In this document: in pieces, positions 26,365-37,851 of the stretch
Layout: each line of letters starts with the position of its first letter
How positions within the stretch are numbered: position 1 is the stretch's first letter
Assembly (NCBI GenBank): GCA_040954595.2
Contig: CM082586.2
Location: forward strand, 6,913,337 to 6,977,336
Direction of reading: 5' to 3'
Length of the DNA: 64,000 nucleotides
DNA from: Balanoglossus misakiensis
Lineage: Eukaryota > Animalia > Hemichordata
The notes under the pieces: model-generated
Told to the model about the DNA's origin: nothing
Databases searched by the model: none
Seen by the model: only the letters and a program-made list of their open reading frames with translations
Translations under genes and position numbers: made by a program

Positions 26365-29300
26365 AGAACGTCTAGACAGATGCGTGCAACAGTGCAACCC
26401 GATTATCCGTACGTACTTTATTTTTTAATCGAATATTTAACCGCGAGACGTCCAACTTATGGAGCAGTTGTTCAGACTGTAGTAGGCCACATTCGCTGAG
26501 GAACATTGAATTTCACCCCACCCATGCATGCAGCCAGCCATAACCACCAAATCACAACTCGTCTCGACTCTCCGTGACTTCGGCTGAAAACGACCAGGAA
26601 ACGCGACCATCGACCCAAGATCCCGATCCGTGTGTACCAATGCCTCAATCCATGCTGCTTTGTAGTGTTATTAATTTTAGTATGACCTTGCTGTGATATC
26701 GTAAATACTTAACGCTGGAGCGCAATAAATGTCGACTCTACTCATGGGCACTACCTATCATCAGAAACAACGCCACATATATACATGCAACAAGACCGAA
26801 CTCTGACTTGAACCAGTCCCCGCTTAGCAACGACATGGGCATGTTCGCTCACGTTTGGAACCAAACACTCAAGAAAAGTTGGAAACAGGATCTAATTAGA
26901 ATATGGGATTGTGAAGAGAACCAATGAACTACGATGAAATCATGCACGTGATACATTTTTTTCTCAAGCGTTTCTGTGGCTGAATATAATACACTGTACA
27001 TTAAACCGCAACGCTGACTTTTCAATCAATCTCAGTAGATTTTAAGAGGACCGATAAATTTTCCGAAACGAAAACTTCACTTGTGTTATTATTTTTCAAA
27101 TCAACAGTGCTTTTAACCGAATATGACCATATTTCAGTCACCTTCGACAATCTGATATTATATTGTCCGATTTCCTTTGAATAAACTTCAACTTTTGATT
27201 GTATTTGGCTGCGTGTTATCTTGACGGGACGTGGGTATCCTTTCCTTGAATTTCCCTTTTGCCTGCTGATTTCACGGTGTAGTAACATCATCGGATGTCT
27301 ACCGTTTTTAGAACATGACAGACTGTCGTATTCTATCAAGCAATCGATCGATCAATCTAGACTTGGTCATTCTAATAGCCCCACGCCAACTTCCACTACA
27401 TATCCATATAGTGTGTTCGAAGCTAACACCAAAAGATTACAAAAAAATGTCTCAGGGAAATGCGGACACGCTCTCTCACGGTCCTGGTTAATACCACGGC
27501 TTTGATTCCGACCAGTCTGACTCAATGGTAGAAGTATCGAAAAATTAACTGTCGTGCTTACCAACCACCCGTGTTTAAGAGTTTATATCGGATAAACAAC
27601 ACTGGCAAGATTTATGTCTAAGATGCCGAATCAGTCTTGTGTAAACAGTGTACCTGAGCACGACATCAAATTATTAGTTGACAGCCAGGTTAGACGTCAT
27701 AAATATAACGCGGCCTACACAGTGTGACACTCGGCCGACTTGAGCCAACAAGAATCAGAGAGACGACGCCGATGCAAACCGAAGAAAAATGGTGCATTGC
27801 ACTGAGCTGTCATGTTTATCCACGTACATTCATCGTCGTAAAGCTCGACACGACCTCTTTACGGCAACAGTACCTGGCTCGCGAGAATGCGCAAAAGACA
27901 CCATGCATGGCGTCTTGATTGAAAGTCTGAAAACCACGGAATCGTGAATGTGGATGACCTTTTCGCCTTTATGATTATCACGAGGAAGTTGAAGGACAAA
28001 AAATCACAGGCGATTTCAAAAGTTTAATCACTTTAACACAGTCCGAAAAGTTCGCGATGAATCACCGTGACAAAATCAGAAGTTTCCTCTTTTAATTTAT
28101 TGGAAATTCAACGAAATATTACGGTATGTAACCCCAGTGGTCTTGGATATCAATAACCGCAGTCATTTGCCGAAGCAACGACCGATTTGTGATCGAATGT
28201 AAAGGCACAGTCTCCCGTGAGGGATCTAAAATCATGGACAGAGCGATACGATACATACGATGCCATAAAATAGTTCACGCTTCCGTGTTAAAAATATATA
28301 ATGTCCCCACTTCGTGTTTCGAAGGTGTGTATGACCACTGTCCCTCCCCCTTTTACGAGATAACATGTTCACTTGAGTTTCACATAAATCTGGGGCATGG
28401 CCCATTTTCTACAATGACATCTGTCGAAACGAAACTTTGAAGTCAAGTGCTGTGCATTCTTTCAAGGTAATAAGTCACAAGGTAACATTTTATACAGAAA
28501 TGCGATAACAGGATATGAACTTTCGATGTATGGCGTCAGCAATAAGATGACTCTTTACAGTAATTCAATGATATCTTCCTCTATAAATTTTTAAAGCACT
28601 ATATATTTTCGATTTAAATAAGACAATAAGCTCGGACACTCTGGTGAAAACGTACATAAGGAATAGCTTATTGAAGTCACAAAATACTGATAAGAATTGC
28701 ATTGTGGGGAAAAAGTCGACCACTGATCATCGCACAAGTTTAGATGGTGATGTCTTTTCACATACTTTGGATGCACGCGAACTTCTGATGGCATTTGCGA
28801 GATCTCGGGAGACTTGGTTCATTACCATGGTAGCAACAGGTTGCTCATAGCCAATTTATATAAGTAAAGCTTGTATTAAACTAAAAGAGATGCAGAATTG
28901 TACAAAAAAATGTTGTTTTTTTCGGTTAAAACGACGAGAACGTCCTGCCGTATAAACTGCCTAGCCACGCGATATCTCGCAGAGTCTCGTTGAATGCGAT
29001 GACTGTCCGTCGTTGTGGGCGCTCTGTTCGAATCCATCGTATACAAACAGATGGATCACTTCGGTGCGAACCAAGAATTTTTCAATTTACTATACACGTG
29101 GGTGTGTCGCGCCATAGTTTGGGGCGTTAGCAACGGGTAATTAGTCTGCGACACAAATTTACCAATGACGACCCACCGTGCGTATATATGTATTGGACTT
29201 AACGCCCACCCGCATATGTGGTGGTGTGATTGTGGTTAATTCTACAGCGCACCCTTCATGACGTCGTCACAGCAGCGCCCGGTGCGGTATTTGCTTCTGT

Positions 29301-30018
29301 CGTCGCCATGGTAGCAAGATCAACAAGAGACAACACTTCCACAACAAATTACTACTGCTCTACGCGACGGTTGAGGCGCTGTAGTTGTTAACATACATTA
29401 ACATACTTTTTCAGTCACACACCTGTTTGTATAGCAACACTCCAAGCGAACGTTTGCATCCAGGATTATTGGGTGTAATAAACAGCCTATAAATACGATC
29501 ATCGCCGAGTATAGTCTGTATTTATTGCTGCGTGTTGTTTCGCTCGCTATTCCTATATACGTGGACACGATGACCTCATCAGCGTAACTTGCCGGTATGG
29601 TACGCAAATATGATTTAATATCTACCCGTTTAAACATTTATAACATATCCGGTTTTGCCCTAAAATCTTTCGTCTTATACGTCAAATGATGCAAGTTCGG
29701 TCAAGAAAATTCTCTCTTCATAACCACTATGAATAGCATGTGATTATTCACAATATAACCAGAATTAGAAAATAAAATGGGTTTATCAGATTTCTTGTTA
29801 TGTCTGGGCATGCATAGTATGACAAGATCATTCATTTATTACTGTCGACCAGTTACACTTTAACTTGACAAGTTCCATATCATTCATTGCTTCATCAATA
29901 ATTGCTCATTCTCTGAACAAAAACGCCCAACGCATAGTGCCTCTGTACAGATTACTCTCCCGACGCTAATTCACATCTTGATTGGAGTCACCAACAACTG
30001 GGAATTTTACGATACAGA

Positions 30019-30354
30019 ATGCCTAAAACCTGGAGTAACGGTCTCTTCGGATGCTTCGGCGACAAAGGCTTGTGTATTTTTACCTTCTTTCTGCCGTGTA
30101 TAACGGCGGGACGGAACGCACAGGCGGTCGGTAAGCCGTTCCCCCTGCACTGCCTGCTGTTCTTTCTGCCCATAGCGTACATGATCTGCCAGGGAAAAGT
30201 GCGTACGATGATTCGAATCGACCGGGAGATCGTCGGGTCGCCGGCGGGGGATATGGTCGTCCACTGTTTCTGTCCGTGCTGTTCTCTGATACAGGAGGGC
30301 CAGGAGCTGAGAGAAGCCCCGGGACCTCCGAACCAGTCCATGGCCAGGAACTAA
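30019..30354 (+). CDS. PLAC8/cornifelin-like protein, copy 5 (intronless CDS, 111 aa)
   Basis: MPKTWSNGLFGCFGD..HCFCPCCSLIQEGQEL; closely similar to copy 1. Confidence 0.93.
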   Translation: MPKTWSNGLFGCFGDKGLCIFTFFLPCITAGRNAQAVGKPFPLHCLLFFLPIAYMICQGKVRTMIRIDREIVGSPAGDMVVHCFCPCCSLIQEGQELREAPGPPNQSMARN

Positions 30355-32282
30355 AAGCGCCAAAAACCGACAAGAGGATTTACTTGAATCATCGATTTGC
30401 GTCATGTACTAATAGGACAAAATTTGAAATTCCTGTACTGTGAATTTCTTCAGCGAAACTAGGATATTGCTGATAATCAAAGAAATCTGATCGTTTAGGA
30501 TGGAAGAAGTGGGATTTTAATTCAATGTCGCGGGTCTTTGTGACAAAGAGCTGCTCAACAAGAAGCATCCATTAGCTGAATCGTGTTGATCATCAATCTA
30601 GTAGACCCACCCTATACCTCAACAATTAACCACGTTTCCGTACCCTGTTTACTTTGCCATGCTGTGTAGTACACGTATGCCCATTAACCTGGTCATTTCA
30701 ACTACATGTATCAATATTATCAACAGACAATATGGCGTGCTTTATCGTTAATATAACGAGCAGTCAGATCAGCCTTGACATTTTATTTCTGGATTCGACC
30801 GGATTGGCACTGTGCGTGTATCAGATATCACGGGCCGTACCAAAAGCAAACAGACGAGAAGTTCCTCGACTCACCAGGGCATATGACATTCCCAGTAACA
30901 ACGGCAACTGGCCGGCACACAACAGTACCAGCCAGCGCAGTGTCACCCGAAGAAACACGCCGACTCCTGGCCAATCAGAGCGCCGGTACAGAACTGCGTA
31001 ATGAATACATATAATCCCTCTATATGTTGAATCATTACAAAATGTATACTGTAAATGACAGACAAAATGGACATGCGCTGTCGCTTCTCTTGGGAGTTCT
31101 GCTCCTTTCCCACCGCCGTTTAATAGAAACTGACTGTAGACGCTTTCCTTTCAGAAGTAAATAATCCTTTCGCAACCTTTAATATTTTTTCTTTGTTTTT
31201 TACATGTGTACTTCGTATTGACATAGACCTTGGACCGAGAAGTATGTGTTTGTGTTTAATAAGGGCACGGTCAGTCCACTACGGAGTAACCGTGGTATGA
31301 GACTAGTTTGGGAATAAATGCATCACGAGATAATGTTGTCAGAGAGAATCTCATTATGTCATAGAAACGATAGGGCGATTCTTAAGTTCATGATACATTG
31401 TCGAGATTTGTGCAAATGAATGATAATATATGTAAGAATAAATACATAAACAAAACTTTAGTACAGCACATCTGTGTGTGGTTGCGTGACGTCATCTTTG
31501 ACCAAAAATTTATTTTATCAGTAGACATTCTTTGACTATAAACTGAAAAGATTATCTTTCACTGTGCCATGCGACGGTGGTCATATGTTTATTTTATGAT
31601 TTATGAGTTCACAACGTTATCCCATTATTATCGATTAGTATTAGTTTATTTATTTATGAAGCACCTAAGGATCGATCCCTAGGTTTAGTGATTTTTTTGG
31701 CCCTGGCTTCAGTAGTTTTGTTCTGCGTAGCAACGGCACGTGCGGTTTCATTAGAACTAGGTTATCAACACAACACAGCCCACATATGTACGATCACTGT
31801 TGTTATGCCTGGTTGTTATGGTTGAAAAGTAATTTCAAGCTCAGGCAACATGAGAGACCATGTGTAAACTCCAACCAACGTTGTCGGCAGCAGACATTGA
31901 AGAGATACGATCCAGTTGGCCCTGTGGGGGCGCTGTTGACAGGTTGCAATTAGTAGGTTTATTCACAACGCTTTGTACATGTACTTATAAAGGAGCATGA
32001 TTGCATAAGCAAAAGAAAAAGTCTCGTTTGAAATTCTAAACAGGGTCTGAGTTTCTCCTACAATGTATCAGATCCTCACATGTCCAACCTTCAATATACT
32101 GTTCTAGCGTACATCTTCAAAAAAGCACACTGACACACCAAATACGCGTCCATCGTCCGACAATTTGCAATCAGGGCGGTTCTGCACAATGCATTTATGG
32201 AAAGCACGATAGCAACCGCTGAAATGAAAGTAAGCTTTTTTTAAAAACTTCTCTCAGTTTGTCTTTCTGTCGTCTGTCATCA

Positions 32283-33170
32283 TCACTCGTCTCCTCCGGC
32301 TCCGAGTAGAGTTTGTTTCTCCACGTCCAGTTCGAAGCCGTTCTCTTGTATGTTGTCCTGGACGCTGGCACCGGTGCTGGGTTGCTTTCCGTATCGACAT
32401 CGGTAGTAGAGATGAGTGACGGCGTAGACGAGATTCATGAAACACACCACGCCCAGACAGTGCCACGTGAAAGCCATGGCGATGAAGGCGATGTTGACGC
32501 CGTTGGTCTCGTCCCAGTGGACGGGGCCGAACAGCGTGAACCCGATCTGGTAGAACCAGGTGCCTTGCAAGAGGGTGAAGGCGACGCGGAAGAAGGGCAA
32601 GAACCGCTGGCCGGCCAGCCACATCTCCAGGAACGAGGACAGCGCGCAGGCGAAGATGGCGGCGGCGAGCAACTGGTGCAGCATCGCGTCTAGGGGTTGC
32701 CCCCCGGTGGAGTGCAGGTGGAACAAGAACCCCTCGGCCGCGAAAGCCATCGACAGGTAGAGTTTATCCCGCCCCGGTGCCAGCCGCAGGCACGTCTGAC
32801 CCAGAATGTCCGCAACACCACTGACCGCGAAGAACATGTACATGGTCACGTGGTGCCAGTCGTTCTGTCCGTGGAATCGGTTCTTCTCGTCCACCATCGT
32901 CCACTTCGCCGACGTGGCTTCGCCGATCGCGCCGCCGACGGACGCAAGCACTTTGCATACTCCCTCCAGCAGCAAGGCCTTCTTGAAGAAAACGAAAGCA
33001 AGAGCTCTAACGCACCTTGAAGATGACTGACGCTGACTCGACGCGTTGGCATAGAAACGATTGTTGCTGAGGATGTAAATCCGTGTTGTGTGAAAAGTCC
33101 ACCAAACTCCGAAAACTATGAAAAACGTGCCCGGCACAGCATGGCCGACGAAGGTGCCCGTGTTTGTCAT
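32283..33170 (-). CDS. TMEM45: TMEM45-family (DUF716) multi-pass membrane protein, single-exon CDS, 295 aa
   Basis: GTFVGHAVPGTFF..GVWW; WHHVTMYMFF..SG..D; EGFLFHLH; LQGTWFYQIGF.LF; AFTWH are TMEM45A/B family motifs. Confidence 0.9.
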   Translation of the reverse strand: MTNTGTFVGHAVPGTFFIVFGVWWTFHTTRIYILSNNRFYANASSQRQSSSRCVRALAFVFFKKALLLEGVCKVLASVGGAIGEATSAKWTMVDEKNRFHGQNDWHHVTMYMFFAVSGVADILGQTCLRLAPGRDKLYLSMAFAAEGFLFHLHSTGGQPLDAMLHQLLAAAIFACALSSFLEMWLAGQRFLPFFRVAFTLLQGTWFYQIGFTLFGPVHWDETNGVNIAFIAMAFTWHCLGVVCFMNLVYAVTHLYYRCRYGKQPSTGASVQDNIQENGFELDVEKQTLLGAGGDE

Positions 33171-35651
33171 AGTTAGGGATTAAACTGTATCTGTTAATGA
33201 TAAATCGAGTTGTATGATATGAGATTGTTCGATGTCCGCCCATATATTTATGACGAGGACGCCAATGTCGGTCTTCAATAGCTGAGCTATAGAACAACGA
33301 ACTCGGTTACCCTCGGAGATCTAACACAGCGCTTTGACAAGAACTTCAGTACACGACTGTGGCAAGAAAATACTTTCGTGGATATCGTAAACCGATGAAG
33401 GCAGAGTCCGACAGAACTTCTAAAAGGCTCTCCGGTAAATTATTAAAGACACCAACAATCACACACATATGAGACTAACATCTGAGAATGGCGCTGTGGT
33501 TTCAGTGAACCGTCAGTAGATAGGTTGGCTTGAGTTACCTGTGTCTGGTGGGCCTCCGGTAGTGGAACTCGTGCGTTGAATCTTACCGATCGCCGCACTG
33601 TCGCGTTCCGCGCCGCAGGACGCCTATCCGTACAGCGAAACAGCGATTTTTTCCCAACAGAGGTAACCAGCCAAGTTTCTGTACACATATATTCGATATG
33701 CATATTCATGAGTACGTGAAGGGGTGGAGTTAGGGTTGTGGTCGCCCATGAGCTCGCGATGACGTTCAAAAATGCGTCCACGCGTATAGAAGTCCCGTGG
33801 ATGCGATGCTAATCTTATCGACGGACAATGCTTGTTTTGTTGACGGACAAATCAGGTTCGAATGGTCTCCGCTAATTACCAAAATCTGGTAATACCACTT
33901 GAGGGTGTTTACATAACAGTCTTGGAGCAAATCTAATAAGCGAAACTGCGCTTTTCCCTGCCGAATGTTGGTGGGGAATGTATGCAGCACAGCATAGCGC
34001 AACCAAGCGGTAGAAATATAGGGAAGGGGACTAGACCACTTCGCCTGCTCCGAGGAGGACCGACATCAACTGAAAGAATGGTTTCATCTGAACAAATCAG
34101 GCATCGCTTGCTTTAAGATATCAATCAGTTGCTTTTGTCGTATGTTAAGCACGAGATTCGGCCCATGTACCCGCCCAAATGTGTTAGTACTACACATATA
34201 GGTTAAGTGTCACTACATATTGCTTAGTATTACATATTGGGTTAGGCATAATCGGAGCAACGCTGATGATCGACGAACAGCATAAAAAAACGTACTTCCT
34301 TCAGTGTTTTTACAATATATCTGGCTTCATAAATGAATTTTTTTAGCAAAGATAAGGTAGTATGCGCTTCAAAAATAAAGTTTTACAATAAAATTATCCC
34401 TGTGAAGCACAAAATTGGCTACAAAACTACAAGTTGCATAATACCGTCAGCTGTGACGCTTCTGAGTCAAAGCACTGCGATAGAAATTCAGACCGATTAC
34501 GTAAGATAACTGTTTTGAATGTCAGAAATGTAAATTTACCAGGCGATATATACACACACCAGGTGTCATTATAGAAAGACTTCAGATTTTAAATAAACAA
34601 ATTTTCGCCATCGTCTCTGCCACAAAAATAATATTCTACGTTGCTCCGTTTACGTGATATATATCGTTTTAATGCTTTGCAAAAGCAAGGAGGCAAATTA
34701 CTGTCAAACCTGTACGCAGTATGCACGCAAAGATGTCGGTCAAAGTTCGATATCGACCCCGGGTTGAAATAAAAAGGTCGTTGTCGCTATCAATACGCAG
34801 ACACGCACTTCTGTGTAGAGCACAGCCGTGGCGACACGTGTCACAAACACTTGCTGACAAGGAAATACCGCAGATACAAAGGTAAGACCGATTCTCACAA
34901 ATTTTCACTGGAAACGTTAGATTGGGATCTGCTTTCGACAGTATATGGACGACAGAACGACAAATGTAATCACTTGGTTGGTTATATAAAGGGGCCGCGG
35001 ATAATTGGCTGTATCGTGACAGCGAAAATTGTAGGCGATTCGCTATTACAGAAGAGATGACGCAAACCTCTTATACAACGAACCATGCAGGACACCGACT
35101 CGGAACCGTGACACTTGAGTAAATACAGGCTATATCTACATTCATTATTGGATAACTGACGGCTTTTTGCATTCCGTATGCGACAGTAGTTTTTGGGGTG
35201 CTATTGGCCGCAATCAGGGCTGGAAAATGATGCGTCTGTGGTCGATCCACGTCGATTACGTAAACCTTGACCATGGACAGCAGCGTCATACAACGATACT
35301 GTTTTTCCAATACGGTCATGCGCACGGAAAGATGGATCGCAAATGAGCTATGACACATTCCACGGAGGGACTTTGGTGGCCGTCTTGAGACGCTAGCTGT
35401 GGAGCGCCATCAATGATTCAGGTCGTGGTGGTATGGCTGGGAGTTCATTGTGGAAAGGCGTGTACATCATGAAAGCGAGATAGAAAATCAATCATTATAA
35501 TATATGTCTATCAAAGAGAATTAACATCGATACCCCTCCACAAGGTCCAAAGGTCTTGTTCTGTCTTCTCCCCTTCAACAGGTTGCCATAGTGATCGACG
35601 CCGCGCGCAGAACGTGGAGGACGTAACTTAGAGCCGAAAGACGCTAGCAAG

Positions 35652-37240
35652 ATGTCTGCCGCCAAAGAGCTGAGCAACGAGATGCTGAAAAAGGCGAAAC
35701 GCGAACTGAACGAGGACCCGTCGCGCAGGAAGGAGCACCTGGACAAACTGCGTCAGATGTTCAACACCAGACCGGACATCAAGTTCCGCTCCGACGACGC
35801 GTTCTTACTCCGTTACCTCAGATGTAAGAAATTCGACGTGGGGCGTGCCTTCAAAACTCTGGTGCATTATTACGAGGTCAGAAGGGATTACAAAGATATT
35901 TTTGAAGATTTCGTTCCGTCCAGCATCGAACATGTCCTCAAGAAGAACTCGCACTACATCTCAGCGGGTCGGGACAAAGATGGCCGCCGTGTGTTCATCT
36001 TCAAAGCAGGTAAAATATTATAGAATTCGATCTTCCCCGTTATCGGTTGTATTTTCGAATCCTCGCATATCATTCTGTCTCGTAGCAACGGTCTATGTGG
36101 GATTATGGTTTAATATTGAAAAAATGACATCTACAAGTTTAGTCATATTTGAACAGATGTTGGCAGAAGTAAGGTTGAGGGTTGCCCCACTTATCTCCAC
36201 GTCGTGCATATTTCCATAGGATCAATGGAGCCAGGCGCCGCCAACATCATCCTATCGATGCGTACTTCCCTAATGTTGATGGAAAAGATACTGGAGGAAG
36301 AGGAAACGCAAATTAACGGCATCGTTGTCATGGGAGACTTCTCCAATTTGACGATGGCCCACGCAGCCGCTATGGGACCAGTCAATGGCCGAAAAATGGC
36401 TGACATCATGCAGGTAAGTCGAGCGTCGTGTATTTTAATGTAGCATTGTGTTTACGGTACATCATTCAGAGGAGCACGCGGTTACCTATACATGTATACC
36501 CTTGTGATTATTTATTTACGAAATGAAATTTCCATCGCTTTTTGACATTCGATCGAATGTCCTTGGAGCTTACAACGTCCCCTGAAAAGCATTTGAACAT
36601 CCCAGGGGAAAAATCCATCCTAATATTCACGAAAAGATTGCTATCTGTGCGGCGCTCTGGGCGGAGGAAAGTGAACGACGTTTACACACAGAAATGAGGT
36701 GTTTTAATAAATCTACTTGCAGAATGCAATGCCACTTCGGCTGAAAGCGGTCCACTACGTCAACCAGCCGAAGATCTTCGACACTGTGTTCGCCATGTTC
36801 AAGCCATTTATGAGCGACAAGATGAAGAAGAGGGTAAGTATCGTTTTGTCTCGCGAGATCTTACACGTGACCGAAGCCGTTTGGAGATTTTCTGCTTTCG
36901 TCCTGCAAGAAGTTCTTCACACTAGACAGTGTTAGAAAGGGGGAAAATGTCTTATTCTAAACTCGCACCATTTGACCGTTTCCAGCTTCAGTTTCACGGA
37001 GAAGAGTTCGACAACTTGCACAAACACGTGCCGTCCACTATACTGCCGGGCGAGTATGGGGGCGCCGTTCCAGCCTTCGACAACAAAGAGTGGCGAGAAA
37101 TCCTGCTGGCCAGCGAGAAGGACTACATAGAGAACAACAAGTATGGATTCCCGAAGTCGGCCGATGCTTTAGGGGGAAACGGCCTGGGGCAAGACCCGGC
37201 TACAGGACTCGTAGGCAGTTTTAAAAAGATAGAATTATAG
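35652..37240 (+). CDS. CRAL-TRIO / alpha-TTP-like, paralog 3; exons 35652-36009, 36220-36413, 36723-36833, 36986-37240 (305 aa)
   Basis: Same motifs; exons 2-4 of 194/111/255 nt; ends GSFKKIEL. Confidence 0.93.
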
Positions 37241-37851
37241 TAAAATCAAAGAACTCTTGTTCCCTGACGCACACAGAAACATTGTTATAATTCTGTTTTA
37301 AAACCAAAGGAAACCACGTGGAATATTATGTCTGGATTTACAGACCGATGACACCTGTTGACCGCCCTCTGTGACGGGAAGCGGGCAACTGACCCGAGGA
37401 AAGGAACTGCAACTACGTGTATTAATAAGTTTACATATTGACGAGTGTAGTGATTATTAATAAATTAGAAAAATAGCTATTTATATATAAAAGGTTATTA
37501 AAAGTACCATTATAAAAAGTACCAGTAGCAATATCATGCACTAGGGTCTTGGTGCTATAATTTTGCAATAAAGTTTTTCATGATGGTATTATGCACGGAA
37601 TCACTCTATATCAATTTTAGTGAACAATAAAAAATGTATATGATTAACGCGGCTGAATGAATATTATTTATCAGAAAAGTCAGCTTGGGTCGCGTTCGAA
37701 GGTACAAAGGTTGATTGTCGTGACGTGTGGTGCTGACTGCCATGGTTCGGTAACTACCTGAGTGTACCCGTCCAATATATTTCAAGTTAGCATCGATTAT
37801 TGGCTTTTTAGTTTAATTCGTCGGTTCACGAGTTGTCTTACTAATACTGTC

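Noticed and set aside
10968-33297. Many antisense and alternate-frame ORFs overlapping PLAC8, CRAL-TRIO and TMEM45 genes, some similar between paralogs
   Set aside because: Expected shadows of GC3-rich coding sequence; the similarity follows from the real genes' paralogy
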